Shown: in pieces, positions 12,691 through 24,897 of the stretch | Position numbering within the stretch: position 1 is the first letter of the stretch | Layout of the letters: each line of letters starts with the position of its first letter | Origin: Octopus bimaculoides | Lineage: Eukaryota | Length of the DNA stretch: 64,000 bases | NCBI RefSeq assembly: GCF_001194135.2 | Contig: NC_068993.1 | Location: forward strand, 10,359,215 to 10,423,214 | Direction of reading: 5' to 3' | Made by a program: the position numbers and the translations under genes | Notes under the pieces: generated by a model | What the model saw: only the letters and a program-made list of their open reading frames with translations | Databases searched by the model: none | What the model was told of the DNA's origin: nothing

Positions 12691-14942
12691 CTGTAGGAGA
12701 CGAAAGAAGACTTATTGGAAAAAGGTACAAGGCAAAAGCGTTAAGCAAGAGGCAAGGTTATGTTTATTGCAGAAAGGAGTTGAACTTTAGGATGTCAGGC
12801 ACTGAAAGACTTTCTAGGGTTCCAGGAGAGAAAAACATACCAGATAGATTGCAATATTGAATGGACTCATACTAGGAAATGTTTAGTAGTTACAATGGTT
12901 ATTGAAGATTTAAACTGCTATCATGATATACGCTTATTCACTCCTCACTAATGTGATCTGGTGAGATCTTAGTGCTTAGCAAATGTAATAGTATTGAAAA
13001 GAAAAAAAAAACCTCATTCATTTAGTGAATACATAGCTAAAACAGTCCCTAACACTATTTTAAAAAGTTTGCCTTTTAAATTAAAATAAAACCATCTAAA
13101 CTAATTAGTGTAAAGTCAATAACAACATAGGCCATGGTGGAAATTGGAATAGTTAGTCTTCTGCATGAGCCATTTCCAAGGCCAAATTTCCAATTTAGGA
13201 ACAGAAACAGCGTGCTTTGCTGATTGGAAAATAGGCACCACCTTCATGGCTGATTAATTATCATTAACGAAGGTATCTTGGCATTAAAAATAGCCACTTC
13301 AAAAGCCTCATATAAATTGATTGAAATATTTAAGCCTTTAGCTTTTAGATTACTCTGTCAAATGTAATGCTTATTTATTCACATCGTTTCGAATTCACCA
13401 TGTATTACCTTGTGGTTTTGACAATGTGGTTGTTTATTTTTAAGGTAACCCTGTAAGGTAGGGGAGAAGCCAGAGCTGGCCAGTCCGAGCATAAAACAGA
13501 ATATTTTGGTGGGATGTGACTGGTTTAAATTTTAAACAGCTAAGTCCTAATAATTTACAAAAATGAATGCAAAATGTTATGGAGCAGGGTTTCTCAGTTA
13601 ATTTGCATTTATAGACAGGTTGGTATACATGTTTGTCTTATGTCCATTTTTCCATGCCAGCATGGGTTAGACAGATTGTTGAGGCATTGGTTTTCAGCCA
13701 GATGTCCTCCCTGTTGCTAACCCTTATTTGTGTTTTGCAAGTAAAGTATTTATTTATTTCACATATCTTTGAAGACATGATACAAATGAATGATTTGTTC
13801 ACAGGAAGAGTGACAAAAGCAACACTGCTTTCAGAGAGCAACTTTTGCAGACTCCGAAGGCAAACAAGTATGCACACACAAGCATGTGTGTATGTGTATA
13901 TATATTTCTGCAACTGCAGAGCAAAAGGACTTCAGAGTCAATAAACACCTCCCAAGGAGATAAGTATTCATTAACAAGAATAAAAATATCAATATATGCA
14001 AATGATATTTTTTTTTCTTAGAAGGAGAGGGAAAATAATTCATTCTATCAAAATATCAGGCATTTAGTAACTTTTCACATGCTGAAGAATGCAGTATAGA
14101 AATTAAGTTGGAAGGAAGACTAGAAATTAAAAGTCTTCATTTAAAAAATATCAAATGACAAAGAAAAAACACTCCAAAAGAAAGGGAGGGGAGGAGAGAG
14201 TGATTAAAATAGTTGAAATCTAAAGAAGTATGTTAGATTGTAACAAATTTCTAATTATGTTATTATTACTATAAGTGCTATGGTAACATTGATATTATTT
14301 AATAGTGTTTCTAAATCTACACAATATTTTCTAAAAATCAATTTATTCTTATTCATTGGTTTTGTTTGCATTCAAAATTATTTTTTACTGTTTCCAAGAA
14401 AGAAACTAACAAACATCAATAAGTAATTAATTCAATCAATGTGTAAAAAAAAAAAAAAAATTAAGAATAAAATTATATAAAGTTGATATTAAAGATCGGT
14501 AGTATGCATGCAAAGTTAGGTCTTGTTTCTAGAAAACAAGAACACAACAACCTCAAATTCCCATCTTGTACAAAGAAAAATTCCCACTACCAAAACACCT
14601 TGGTTTTTATACAAGTTAGTTAAAATTGTAATGTATTGTTAATAGAATATGTGAAATAAGGTGCAAAAGTATTTTAAAAGATAGAGTGATAAATGGAGCA
14701 ACTCTTTTCTGCAATGTGCAATTAAAGCAGGGGGGGAAATGTTTGTCTTAAATTTCTTTTCTTTATATTATTATCGAGTCTTTTTTTCTTTCATGTTATA
14801 TATTTAAAATTTTTTAAAATTAAATAATGTACACACACACATATATACATACATATACACATATGTATATACACAGACATATACCTATGTACATACTGAC
14901 AGATATACATATATATTATACAGACACCCACACACACATGCA

Positions 14943-15006
<64 letters not shown>

Positions 15007-15451
15007 GACATTTGCAACAGTCACATAATGCACCTAGACAATAGGGGTAATGGGACGGAAAAAAATGCAAATTGAAGTGTTGATCCAGAGAAAGAAAATG
15101 TGTACAGTATTAAAAAAAAATGGTAAAGAAACGGGCAGAAAAGCATCCATGAAAGGAGAGAAAACATGAAATCAGGACAAAGTTACTTTTAAAAATTGGA
15201 AGGATTGAAAAGTTTAGGAAAATGCAAGAAAAATATTTTAAAAGGTAAAAAAAAAAAAAAAAAAAAAAATTACATGATCACCGCAAACATCACCACCACC
15301 ATTAAAAAGGTAAAAAAAATACCACCACCACCACCACCACCACAGAGCTCTAAAATCATCACCATTACCACCACCACCATCAACATTGCTACTACTACTA
15401 CTGCTACCATTACCATTACCATCACCAGCAGCCAATACCAGCTGTACTTAC

Positions 15452-15619
15452 TGGGCTCAGACGACCACCCTGATATGGATGGGTATCAAGCTGGTCCTCA
15501 GGATTGCTTCTGGTGTACTTAGGCGGAACGGGTGGAGGAGGCCTTTTGCGAAGTCCAGTTTGTGGATCCCGGATGCCATTCACTAGGCCGAACTTGCTGC
15601 CGAAACCAGCTCTAGTTGT
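15452..15619 (-). CDS. cora: Exon with polyproline motif (TTRAGFGSKFG...RKRPPPPVPPKYTR...RLSP)
   Basis: gtcttaacgcag|ACA ... CCA|GTAAGT, 168 nt, phase 0-0. Confidence 0.88.
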
Positions 15620-16819
15620 CTGCGTTAAGACAAACATGGACATTTCTGGATAGGTTGATAATTTTATTTTTAAGTGCATCGTGTGCCAAAAGTGTTAATA
15701 AAAGTTAGTGCCATGTGCAAATCGCTACCGCGAACAAGATGAGGTAAAAAAAAAAAAAAAGGAGGGAGGGAGAAAAAAAAAAGGCCTTAGCCATTTTTAA
15801 CTCCCTGCATGCAACCATTTGCACAGATTTTGGCACAATACGCCACAGCCAACATTCAATGGTATTAACACCCCACCCCATTTGCAGTTACATGGTTCCA
15901 TGCTTCAAGTTAAATGGCTTTTGCTTTAAACGCAAAAAAAAAAATATTAATAAAACCCAGTTAGTCAAATATTTCTTAGTAGCGGAGGGGGATGTGGGGA
16001 AACAAATAAAGCAACTAAAATATTGTGGTGTGTAAACTATACACACACACACAATATGTATAAGTGCAGATATCATTATCAAGTGAAACAAGATAAGTTA
16101 TAAACAAACTTGGAGTGACATTTTAATAAATGATTAAAAAATAAAACAAGGCAAGAATAGTCTTAGAAGGAAATTGGCAAAACCCATTCTAATATAATTC
16201 TAAGACCATGTAAAAAGCACCAAGTTACCAGGTTATGATTTCCATTTACTTCAACGAGTCACCCTCTGGTATCTAAACTACACTAACATAATACATCTCC
16301 TTGACCAAGACTCCCACCACAAATCTAGGGACTAAGTCATAACAAAATTCAGTTTTGAAGCTGTTGAATCCTAAACAGAATGATAAATTACCTTAATGTA
16401 AAATGACGTCACTGCACCCAGAACTAAACAAGGCACAGTTGTGTTAGGACAACTCCATTTTACTTTTCTGATGGAAGTATTAAAAAGAATCTTTTGATGA
16501 AAATGTGACTATCAACTATGGAGAGGGAAGTAAGGATGGTTTCTGGAGAATGAAGTGGATGAGAGGCAAATATTTTTCTGGATAATGGATTGGTTGGTGT
16601 ATTTTCGGTTAACACAGCCAGAAAACCCTTGCGTTTCCCTTCTGCTCCGGTCAGTACAATTAAATGTTCTGCTTAATCATAACTAAAATAGTCATAATAA
16701 AACAAATTCACAACCAGTGGAATGATGGTGCAACATTTTATCCACTTAGTCACTTCACAATTTTTGCAGTAAAATCATGTTTAATATAATATGATATTGT
16801 TTGGAGGATAAATTACTGA

Positions 16820-16920
16820 CAGGCATCGTGGCACCTTGGGCAAGTGTCTTCTACTATAGCTTCGGGTCGACCAAAGCCTTGTGAGTGGATTTGGTAGATG
16901 GAAACTGAAAGAATCCCGTC

Positions 16921-16964
<44 letters not shown>

Positions 16965-17152
16965 TTGTCCCCACAACATCGCTTGACAACCGATGGTGGC
17001 GTGTTTACGTCCCCGTAACTTAGCAGTTCGGCAAAAGAGACCAATAGAATAAGTATCAGGCTTACAAAGAATAAGTCCTGGGGTCGTTTTGCCTAACTAA
17101 AGGCAATGCTCCAGCATGGTCGCAGTCAAATGACTGAAACAAGTAAATGAGT
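16820..17152 (+). mobile_element. SINE family B copy, 5'-truncated
   Basis: ggcaccttgggcaagtgtcttctactatagc...(TA)n...gactgaaacaagtaaatgagt, collinear with the reverse complement of 2783-3184. Confidence 0.85.
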
Positions 17153-18601
17153 ATATTCACTGTGGGATGCATCAAAAACTTAACAGGATAGAATTATGCA
17201 GTGAAGAATAAACAACATTGGTCTTTTCTACAGCACATCCAGTCCCTTTTCTCAGTCTATTAAACAATAACTAATAAAGGTTATCTAAGATCAGCCATTT
17301 TTGTTAAAAATGGAGAGAGGAATGTCGACTGATTAAATCCTACATGTGAAGTATCTCCTCAAACTTACCAGCATCATACCGTTGATTGGTAAAATATAGT
17401 AAATCAGACTTGCTTCCTAACACCTAATCAGTTGGTTTTGATTAGCATTTTAATAGGAATGCTGCCAAATAACAATCTGGACAAGGCAAGCTGATGAAAA
17501 TTTACTCCATCATCTCAATTTTCCATGTGTTTATTTTCTCATCTTGAGACACATTTCATATAAATAATCTAACAGAGGTTCCGTTAATTTTCTAATGTGT
17601 ATATAAAAATGTCTGGAAATTCTAAGTTTACTATCCACCAACCAAAGGCTACACACAGTAACCTGGCTCAAACTAAAATTCATTTTCCAGTTTAGCTGGT
17701 CAACTGCCTTGTGGTGAACAAGAGTGCTGATACTTTATGAAGAACTGTAAAACAGTTTTATGATACCAAAGCAAGCCAAAGAATACAAGAAATTTATACA
17801 GGCATCTAAGTATCATACTTAATGTACATACGCTATTTATAGGCCAGTTATTGTGGTATTCTCAAAAAGGCAACATTCCCTATGGGTCATGCTGTGTTAA
17901 AAACACTATAATAATCTAGTATATGCAATTCAAGCAACATTAAATTAAAATAGCTATCTAGGTATCATATCATAATGTAGATACACTGTTGACAGGCCAA
18001 TTACAGCATGGTATCTCAAGATGAATACTGCAGCAACTGGCCTATCAATAGTGTATATCAATTAAGTATGGTACATAGATGACTATTTTAATTTAATACT
18101 GCCTCAATAACATATACTGGATATATATATTTATGTGTCTAGAATTTGGGAACTGAAGATAGTCAGTGATGATTATAACAGTTGGGGAATGGTGTAAATT
18201 AGGAGGGGTGGGCACAATAAAAGTTAATAGTTTGTTCAATGTTTACTACTTACGTTTTTGTATTAGTAAAGTGATTTAAAAAAAAAAAAAGAAAGTGGGT
18301 GTGTGTTGAGGGGGAAGCCATGGTTAAGTTCTTAGTGCTTTGGTTTCAATTTCCAGACAGAAATGTTCTGTTTCCTTTGCAATAAATAAGGGACCTTGAG
18401 AAAAGGTGTATATTCCATAAGTTCCAATAATCTCACTGGTAAACTGGGCTCTTAACAACTTATGTAAGAGAAATCACCATTGTTATTACACCAAGGGTGT
18501 TTTTAGAAAGGAATAGCAGCAATGCTACAACTTATATATCTCATTTACCCTTTTAAGGAAAAGGGGAAGATTTTTCTTGTTTTCCCCACCTTGTCGATAA
18601 C

Positions 18602-18633
<32 letters not shown>

Positions 18634-20510
18634 TAATCTGTAATGGAATAGCAACATCTAAATGGAAGGTGACTTCAGTATAACTCAAAACACACCCAAA
18701 AATTAATCTTGGAAATTTAAATTAACAATATTTAATTTTAGCACTATATATGTATTAGCATTATCTTTATATTCTTATATAAATACTATGTTATTTTAAA
18801 ACCTATTGTTATACCAATATGCTATTTTAAAAGTAGTGTTATTTTATATGCATATTGTTATAAAAATACTATAAAATATTGTTATTATATAAGTATTGTT
18901 ATAAAAATATTATAATGAAGTGTTATAAAATATCAATTGTTAGAAAAAATTTTTTTTAAAATAAAATAAAAAGGAAATTTTTCTTGACATACAATTAAAG
19001 ATGAAAACAAAAATATAATATTCCATGCAAAATGAAATTATCTGTTACAATAAATGTATTAGCATAAAACATGGTCTGAACAGTTAATTTACTAAAGGGA
19101 AAAAAAAACAAAAAAAAAACAACAACAACAAAAGAAAAACGTTTTTTTAAAGATTTGTATAGTTAAAAAAAATTCTATTAACAAAATATCAAATCTTTCA
19201 AACTTAGAAATACAACACAAATAATTTCTGAAATATTTCAAAACAAAATCCATTCTAGCCAAACATCAAATATAAGAATTAAGGCATGGGTATTCTTTAA
19301 GTTTTGCTCAAAACAGCAAATGCAGAGAATGTGCCTAGCAATGCAGATTTCACATGCAAGTATAGATATAGCACATTATTTGGGAAATGTCACAGGATAT
19401 GCATTTTGTGCAGAAATATTCTAGTATGACAGCCCCCACCACCCTTTCATCTTTCTAAAGAGTTATATACAGTTCCTTGAATCTAGTTCTGTCACCTCTA
19501 TGTTACCTAGTTCATAATCCTGTACCAATCCATAAACCCCTTCCTGGGGTTTCCTTCTAATGACTAGCCTATAAGAGTTCAGATTGAACCATAAGAGCAT
19601 CAACGCACCCCAAGTATCTCTAGGCACTAGTGTAGGTTTTTAAAAAAATGCCAAAACAAAACTGTCTCCTAAGTCTCAAGGGGTTCTTAAAAATCAATAT
19701 TTAAATCTGGTTTCATGATACTAAAAAAAAAAAAAGAAAACAAAAGAAAACTAAATCAAAAAGCAAAAAAATAAACTCGACCCCTTGGATGGGGGGTGCT
19801 GGCTCATATCTCAGATTAACATTACCAAATGATCTGAGAACAAAGCATTCCGTTTAGAAAGCTGAAACATCTGGAGCAGATCTGAATTCATGACCTAAGA
19901 CCGAGTAATCCAATACCTTATATATCCAGTGTGCTATTCAAATTTTAAAGTGCTTAATCATTATACTTCCATCCTTAGACATACTGCATGTGTGTGTGCG
20001 TGTGTGTATATATACAGATATATTATCATCATTATTTAACATCTGCTTTCCATGCTGGCATGGGTTAGACGGCTTGACTGGAACTGATAAGTCAGAAAGC
20101 TGCACCAGGTTCTAGCTGGATTTGGCATCGTTTCTACTGTGGCTGGACACCCTTCCTAATACCAATCACTTTGAGAGTGTAGCAGGTACTGTTTACGTGC
20201 CATTTTCATGACACTGGCGATGGCTGTGAATATGATTTCATTCGGCTTGACAAGTCTTCTCAAGCTCAGTATATCACGAAAGGTCTCGGTCACTTGTCAT
20301 TGCCTCTGTGAGGCCTGATATTCGAAGATCGTGCTACTGGCAACAGCCACGGCTATGATTTCACTTGGCTTGTAATATGAAACTAGCTATTCAATCCCAG
20401 TTACATGAACCATAAAGAGATTTAATTAACGCATGAAAATATATCACAAATTGAAAAAATAAAGCTATTTGTTAGATCATAGACTTGATATGCACTTGAG
20501 AAACTTTGCA

Positions 20511-21300
20511 TAATAATAATAATAATCTTTTCTGTTATAGGTACAAGGCCTGATATTTGGGAGGAAGGGGCTTGTTGATTATATCGAGTTCAGAGCTTTA
20601 CTGAATTTATTTTTTTGACCCAGGAGGGATGAAAGTTAAAGTTGATTTCAGTGGAATTCAAAAATAGAATGTAAAGATGGACAAAATGCTGCCAAGCTTT
20701 TTGTCCAGTAGGCTAATGATTCAGCCAGTTCAGCACCTGAACAATAATAATAATAATACTTTCTAATTTTGACACAAGGCCAGCAGTTTTGAGGATGGGG
20801 GATTAGTCAATTACACTGACCCCAATACTTGAGTGATACTTTATTTTATCATTCCTGAAAGGATGAAAAGTAAAGTTGGCCTTAGTAGGATTTGCACTCA
20901 CAACATAAAGGGCCACCTCACTGTCTTTAATAGTTCCAAATTTTGCTATAAGACCAGCAATTTCAGTGGGAAGGGTTAGTTGATAACACTGACCCTAGTA
21001 CTTGATTTTATCAACCCCCCACTAAACGAGGAAAGATAAAGTTTGCCTTGGTGGTATTTGAACTCAGAACGTCAAGTGCTGGAAAAAATAATGCAAGGCA
21101 TTGTTCTGACACTCTAGTGATTTTGCCAATCTATCAACCTAAAGCTAATAATAATTGTTTCTAACATAGGCACAAAACCTAAAATCTGAAGGGAAGGGGG
21201 TTAGTCAATCATATCAGCTCCAGGGAGCTGACTGGTACTTTATTGATCCTGAAAGGATGAAAGGCAAAAGTATTTTTGACAGGAGCTGAACTGAGTGTGT
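20511..21300 (-). mobile_element. Head-to-tail array of about 4 SINE family A copies
   Basis: The unit restarts at (AAT)n tails near 20511, 20745, 20930 and 21147. Confidence 0.8.
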
Positions 21301-21308
21301 TAAGTGAC

Positions 21309-21537
21309 TTAACCCTTTTGATATCAATCTGGCTGAAACTGGTTCTGGCTCTATAGTACAAATGTTTTGTTTTCATAAGTTTTGAATTAAATTCTTCCAC
21401 CAAACTTTAGTCACAATTTATGTTCCTAACACTAGCTTAATGATAACTAAGTTATTTTATTAAATTCTTTTTTATAGTTAAAATAATTGAGAGAAACACA
21501 GAGCATCTCAAAAAAAATACGGTAATGAAAGGGTTAA
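21309..21537. mobile_element. piggyBac-like MITE
   Basis: TTAA-CCCTTT ... AAAGGG-TTAA. An inverted sibling lies at 50077-50294. Confidence 0.85.
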
Positions 21538-21807
21538 CTGAATACCACAAAATATTTTGTCTGATGATCAATACTCCCAACCCACCACAAACACCTTTGT
21601 CAATAGTATTGATATTACTTATTAGCTGACAACCCCCTCATATTTTGTGAGGAAGGGGCTAGGCATTTGGATTGAAGCATTCTGAATTAAGCCAAATATT
21701 ATGGGCAAGTAACAAAGACAAAATAAACTGAAGAAAACATTTTTAAAAAGAAAAAAGATGCAAAGATCATATTTGAGTGTGTGAATATTAAGTGGATAGC
21801 AACCTAC

Positions 21808-24747
21808 CTTATCTGGTTGTGAAACTGGTAAGAAGGACATTTTGTTGTCAATCCAATTCTCTTGTCTCGTAGTGCCTGCACCAGCAACACCGGGTACAAC
21901 ACAAATCCTGCTGCCTTCAGGACCATATCCACTAACACCTGGAGCATAGCCACCAGGAACTTGTACACTGGCACCAGGACCAAAAGTCCTGCCTTCAGAA
22001 ACAACTCTGTTGTCAGTTGCATACAGTCTGCTGTCGGGCCCACATGGTTGATAGCTGGGGCTGTATATTTTACCGTTTGGACCATAGAATCTACCGTCAG
22101 GACCAAAATATGCACTGTCAGGACTATATGATTCTCCGTCAGGACCATACACCCTGCCATCTGGACTGTATACTTGTCCTTCTGGGCCATAACCTCTACC
22201 GTCTGGACCATACAGTCCACCATCAGGGCCATACAGTTTGCCCTCAGGACCATATATAGAGCCACCAGGGCCATGACCTTTGCCATCAGGGGAATAAAAT
22301 CTTTCGTCAGGACTATACAAGGTGTCGTTGGGACCATACATTTTGCCATCTGGACTGTACAGTCGATTATCAGGACCAAATATCTTGCCGTCGGGACCGA
22401 ATAGTCTGCCGTCAGGACCATAAACTAGAACATCAGGGCCATATGGCTTACCATTAGGACTATACACCCTACCATCTGGAGTATAAACACTGTTGTGGGG
22501 ACCATAACCCTTGCCATCAGGACCATGCAATTTACCGCCAGGGCCGTACACCTTACCACCTGGACCATACACTTTGCCGTCAGGACCATAATTTCTTCCA
22601 TTTGGACAACATACGACACCATCAGGGCCATAACCTTTGCCAGGAGAGGAATAAAATCTTTTGTCTGGACTGTACAGTTTACCATTGGGTCCCACCATTT
22701 TGCCATCAGGAGTGAACTCCCTACCACCAGGACCAAATACTTTGCCGTCTGGACCATAGAATCTACCATCGGGACCATAGTATCTACTGTCAGGACTGTA
22801 TAATTCTTTGTCAGGACCATAAACCCTGCCGTCTGGACCATACACCTGTCCTTTGGGACCATATCCCTTGCCATCAGGGCCATGTGGTTTGCCATCAGGA
22901 CCAAATATTCTACCATCAGGAGCAACTATTTTGCCACCAGGACCATAACCTTTGCCATCAGGAGCATAAAATCTTTTGTCTGGTTCGTACAGTTGTCCAT
23001 TTGGACCATACAATCTGCCGTCAGGACTGTACGCTTCACCATTCGGACCATAGCCTTTGCCATGAGGGTCTGGAAGTCCAAAACCTTTCCCTTCTGGAGC
23101 TTTGTATCCTTTTCCTTCTGGAAGCCCACACACTCTGCCATCAGGAGTGTACAGTCGATTATCAGGGCCACATATCTGGCCATTGGGACCAAATAGTCTG
23201 CCATCAGGGCTGAAAACTTGACTATCTTGACTGTATGGCTTTCCATTAGGACCATACACCCTACCATCTGGGGTATAAACACTGTTGTTGGGGCCATAAC
23301 CTTTGCCATCACGGCCATGCAGTTTACTGTCAGGGCCATACACCAAGCCATCTGGGCCATATACCTTGCCGTCAGGACCATAATTTTTGCCACTTGGACA
23401 ACATACGACACCATCGGGACCATACCCTTTGCCGTCAGGGTTGTAAAACCTTTTGTCTGGACTGTATAGCCTATCATTGGGTCCCACTAGCTTGCCATCA
23501 GGTGTGAACAGTCTGCCTCCAGGACCAAATACTTTGCCATCAGGACCATAGAATCTACCATCGGGACCATAGTATCTACTGTCAGGACTGTATAATTCTT
23601 CGTCAGGACCATAAACCCTACCGTCTGGACCATACACCTGTCCTTTGGGACCATATCCCTTGCCATCAGGGCCATGTGATTTGCCATCAGGACCATATAT
23701 TCTACCATCAGGAGCATATATTTTGCCACCAGGACCATAACCTTTGCCATCAGAAGCATAAAATCTTTTGTCTGGTTCGTACAGTTGTCCATTTGGACCA
23801 TACAATCTGCCGTCAGGACTGTACGCTTCACCATTTGGACCATAGCCTTTGCCTTGGGGAGGATCTGGAAGGCCATACCCATTTCCTTCGGGAAGTGCAA
23901 AACCTTCTGTTCCTGGAGACCCACAAACACCACCATCTGGACTGTACAGTTTATCATCAGGGCCATATATCTTGCCGTCGGGACCAAATAGTCTGCCGTC
24001 AGGACCATAAACTAGAGCATCAGGGCTGTATGGTTTACCATTGGGACCATACACCCGACCATCCGGGCTATAAACACTGTTGTGGGGACCATACCCTTTA
24101 CCATCACGGCCATGCAATTTACCGTCAGGGCCATACACTTGACTATTTGGACTACACACCTTGCCGTCAGGACCATAGTTTCTGCTGTCTGGACACCATA
24201 CAGTGCCTTCAGGGCCATAACCTTTGCCATCAGAGTCATAAAATCTTTTGTCAGGACTGTATAACCCACCATTGGGTCCCACAACTTTGCCATCAGGGGT
24301 GAACTCCCTACCAGCAGGACCAAATACTTTGCCGTCTGGACCATAGAATCTACCATCAGGACCATAGTATCTACTGTCAGGACTGTATAATTCTCCGTCA
24401 GGACCATAAACCCTGCCGTCTGGACCGTACACCTCTCCTCTGGGACCATATCCCTTGCCGTCAGGGCCATGTGGTTTGCCATCAGGACCATATATTCTAC
24501 CATCAGGAGCAAATATTTTGCGACCAGGGCCATAGCCTTTGCCATCAGGAGCATAAAATCTTCTGTCTGGTTCGTACAGTTGTCCATTTGGACCATACAA
24601 TCTGCCGTCAGGACTGTATGCCACACCATTCGGACCATAACCTTTATCGAGAGGAGCTTCTGGAAGGCCGTAACCTTTTCCTTCTGGACACTTGCATGCA
24701 TCAGTCAAGGGCACAGCACTGGGATAGAGTTCTCCATTGACACTAGG
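21808..24747 (-). CDS. cora: Giant 2,940-nt (980 aa) exon of Gly/Pro/Tyr/Asp-rich heptad repeats (xYGPDGK/R), in frame with the protein 4.1 gene
   Basis: gtcttcttttctag|CCT acceptor, GAT AAG|GTAGGT donor, phase 0-0, no stop or frameshift. The ORF-track start is a GTG inside the exon and its last ~60 aa are intron read-through. Confidence 0.88.
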
Positions 24748-24882
24748 CTAGAAAAGAAGACACAAAATATATAATTGTAGTGTAATTTGTAAAATGAGAT
24801 AACAAAAGAGCAAATACACAATATGTAGTCAGTCAAACAGAAACATCAGTCTCAACTATCAGATGAATTCATAAAAGATTAC

Positions 24883-24897
24883 CTTCTTGTACTGGTT
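24883..24897 (-). CDS. cora: 15-nt microexon NQYKK
   Basis: ttttcttatattgattag|AAC CAG TAC AAG AAG|GTAATC: good acceptor tract, strong donor, phase 0-0, 135 nt upstream of the giant exon. Confidence 0.7.

Noticed and set aside
14791-15435. ORFs rich in YI/CV/HT or poly-T/P/W
   Set aside because: Translations of (TA)n, (CA)n and (ACC/ACT)n microsatellites.
21622-24714. 1030-aa ORF as a stand-alone intronless gene
   Set aside because: It starts at a GTG, the frame extends upstream to a good acceptor, and a strong in-frame donor at 21807 precedes an intron-like hydrophobic tail. An internal exon fits better.
21808-24747. Similarity to collagen, RHS/YD, WD40-like SPDG, reflectin or suckerin repeats
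   Set aside because: There is no Gly-X-Y triplet, the 7-aa period is too short for YD or propeller blades, and it lacks the reflectin Met/Asp and suckerin GGY/Ala-His modules.
21804-24774. Many alternative-frame and antisense ORFs over the repeat exon (MVLTAD..., RTI..., HQDH...)
   Set aside because: They are shadows of the 21-nt periodicity, interrupted by stops and without splice support.
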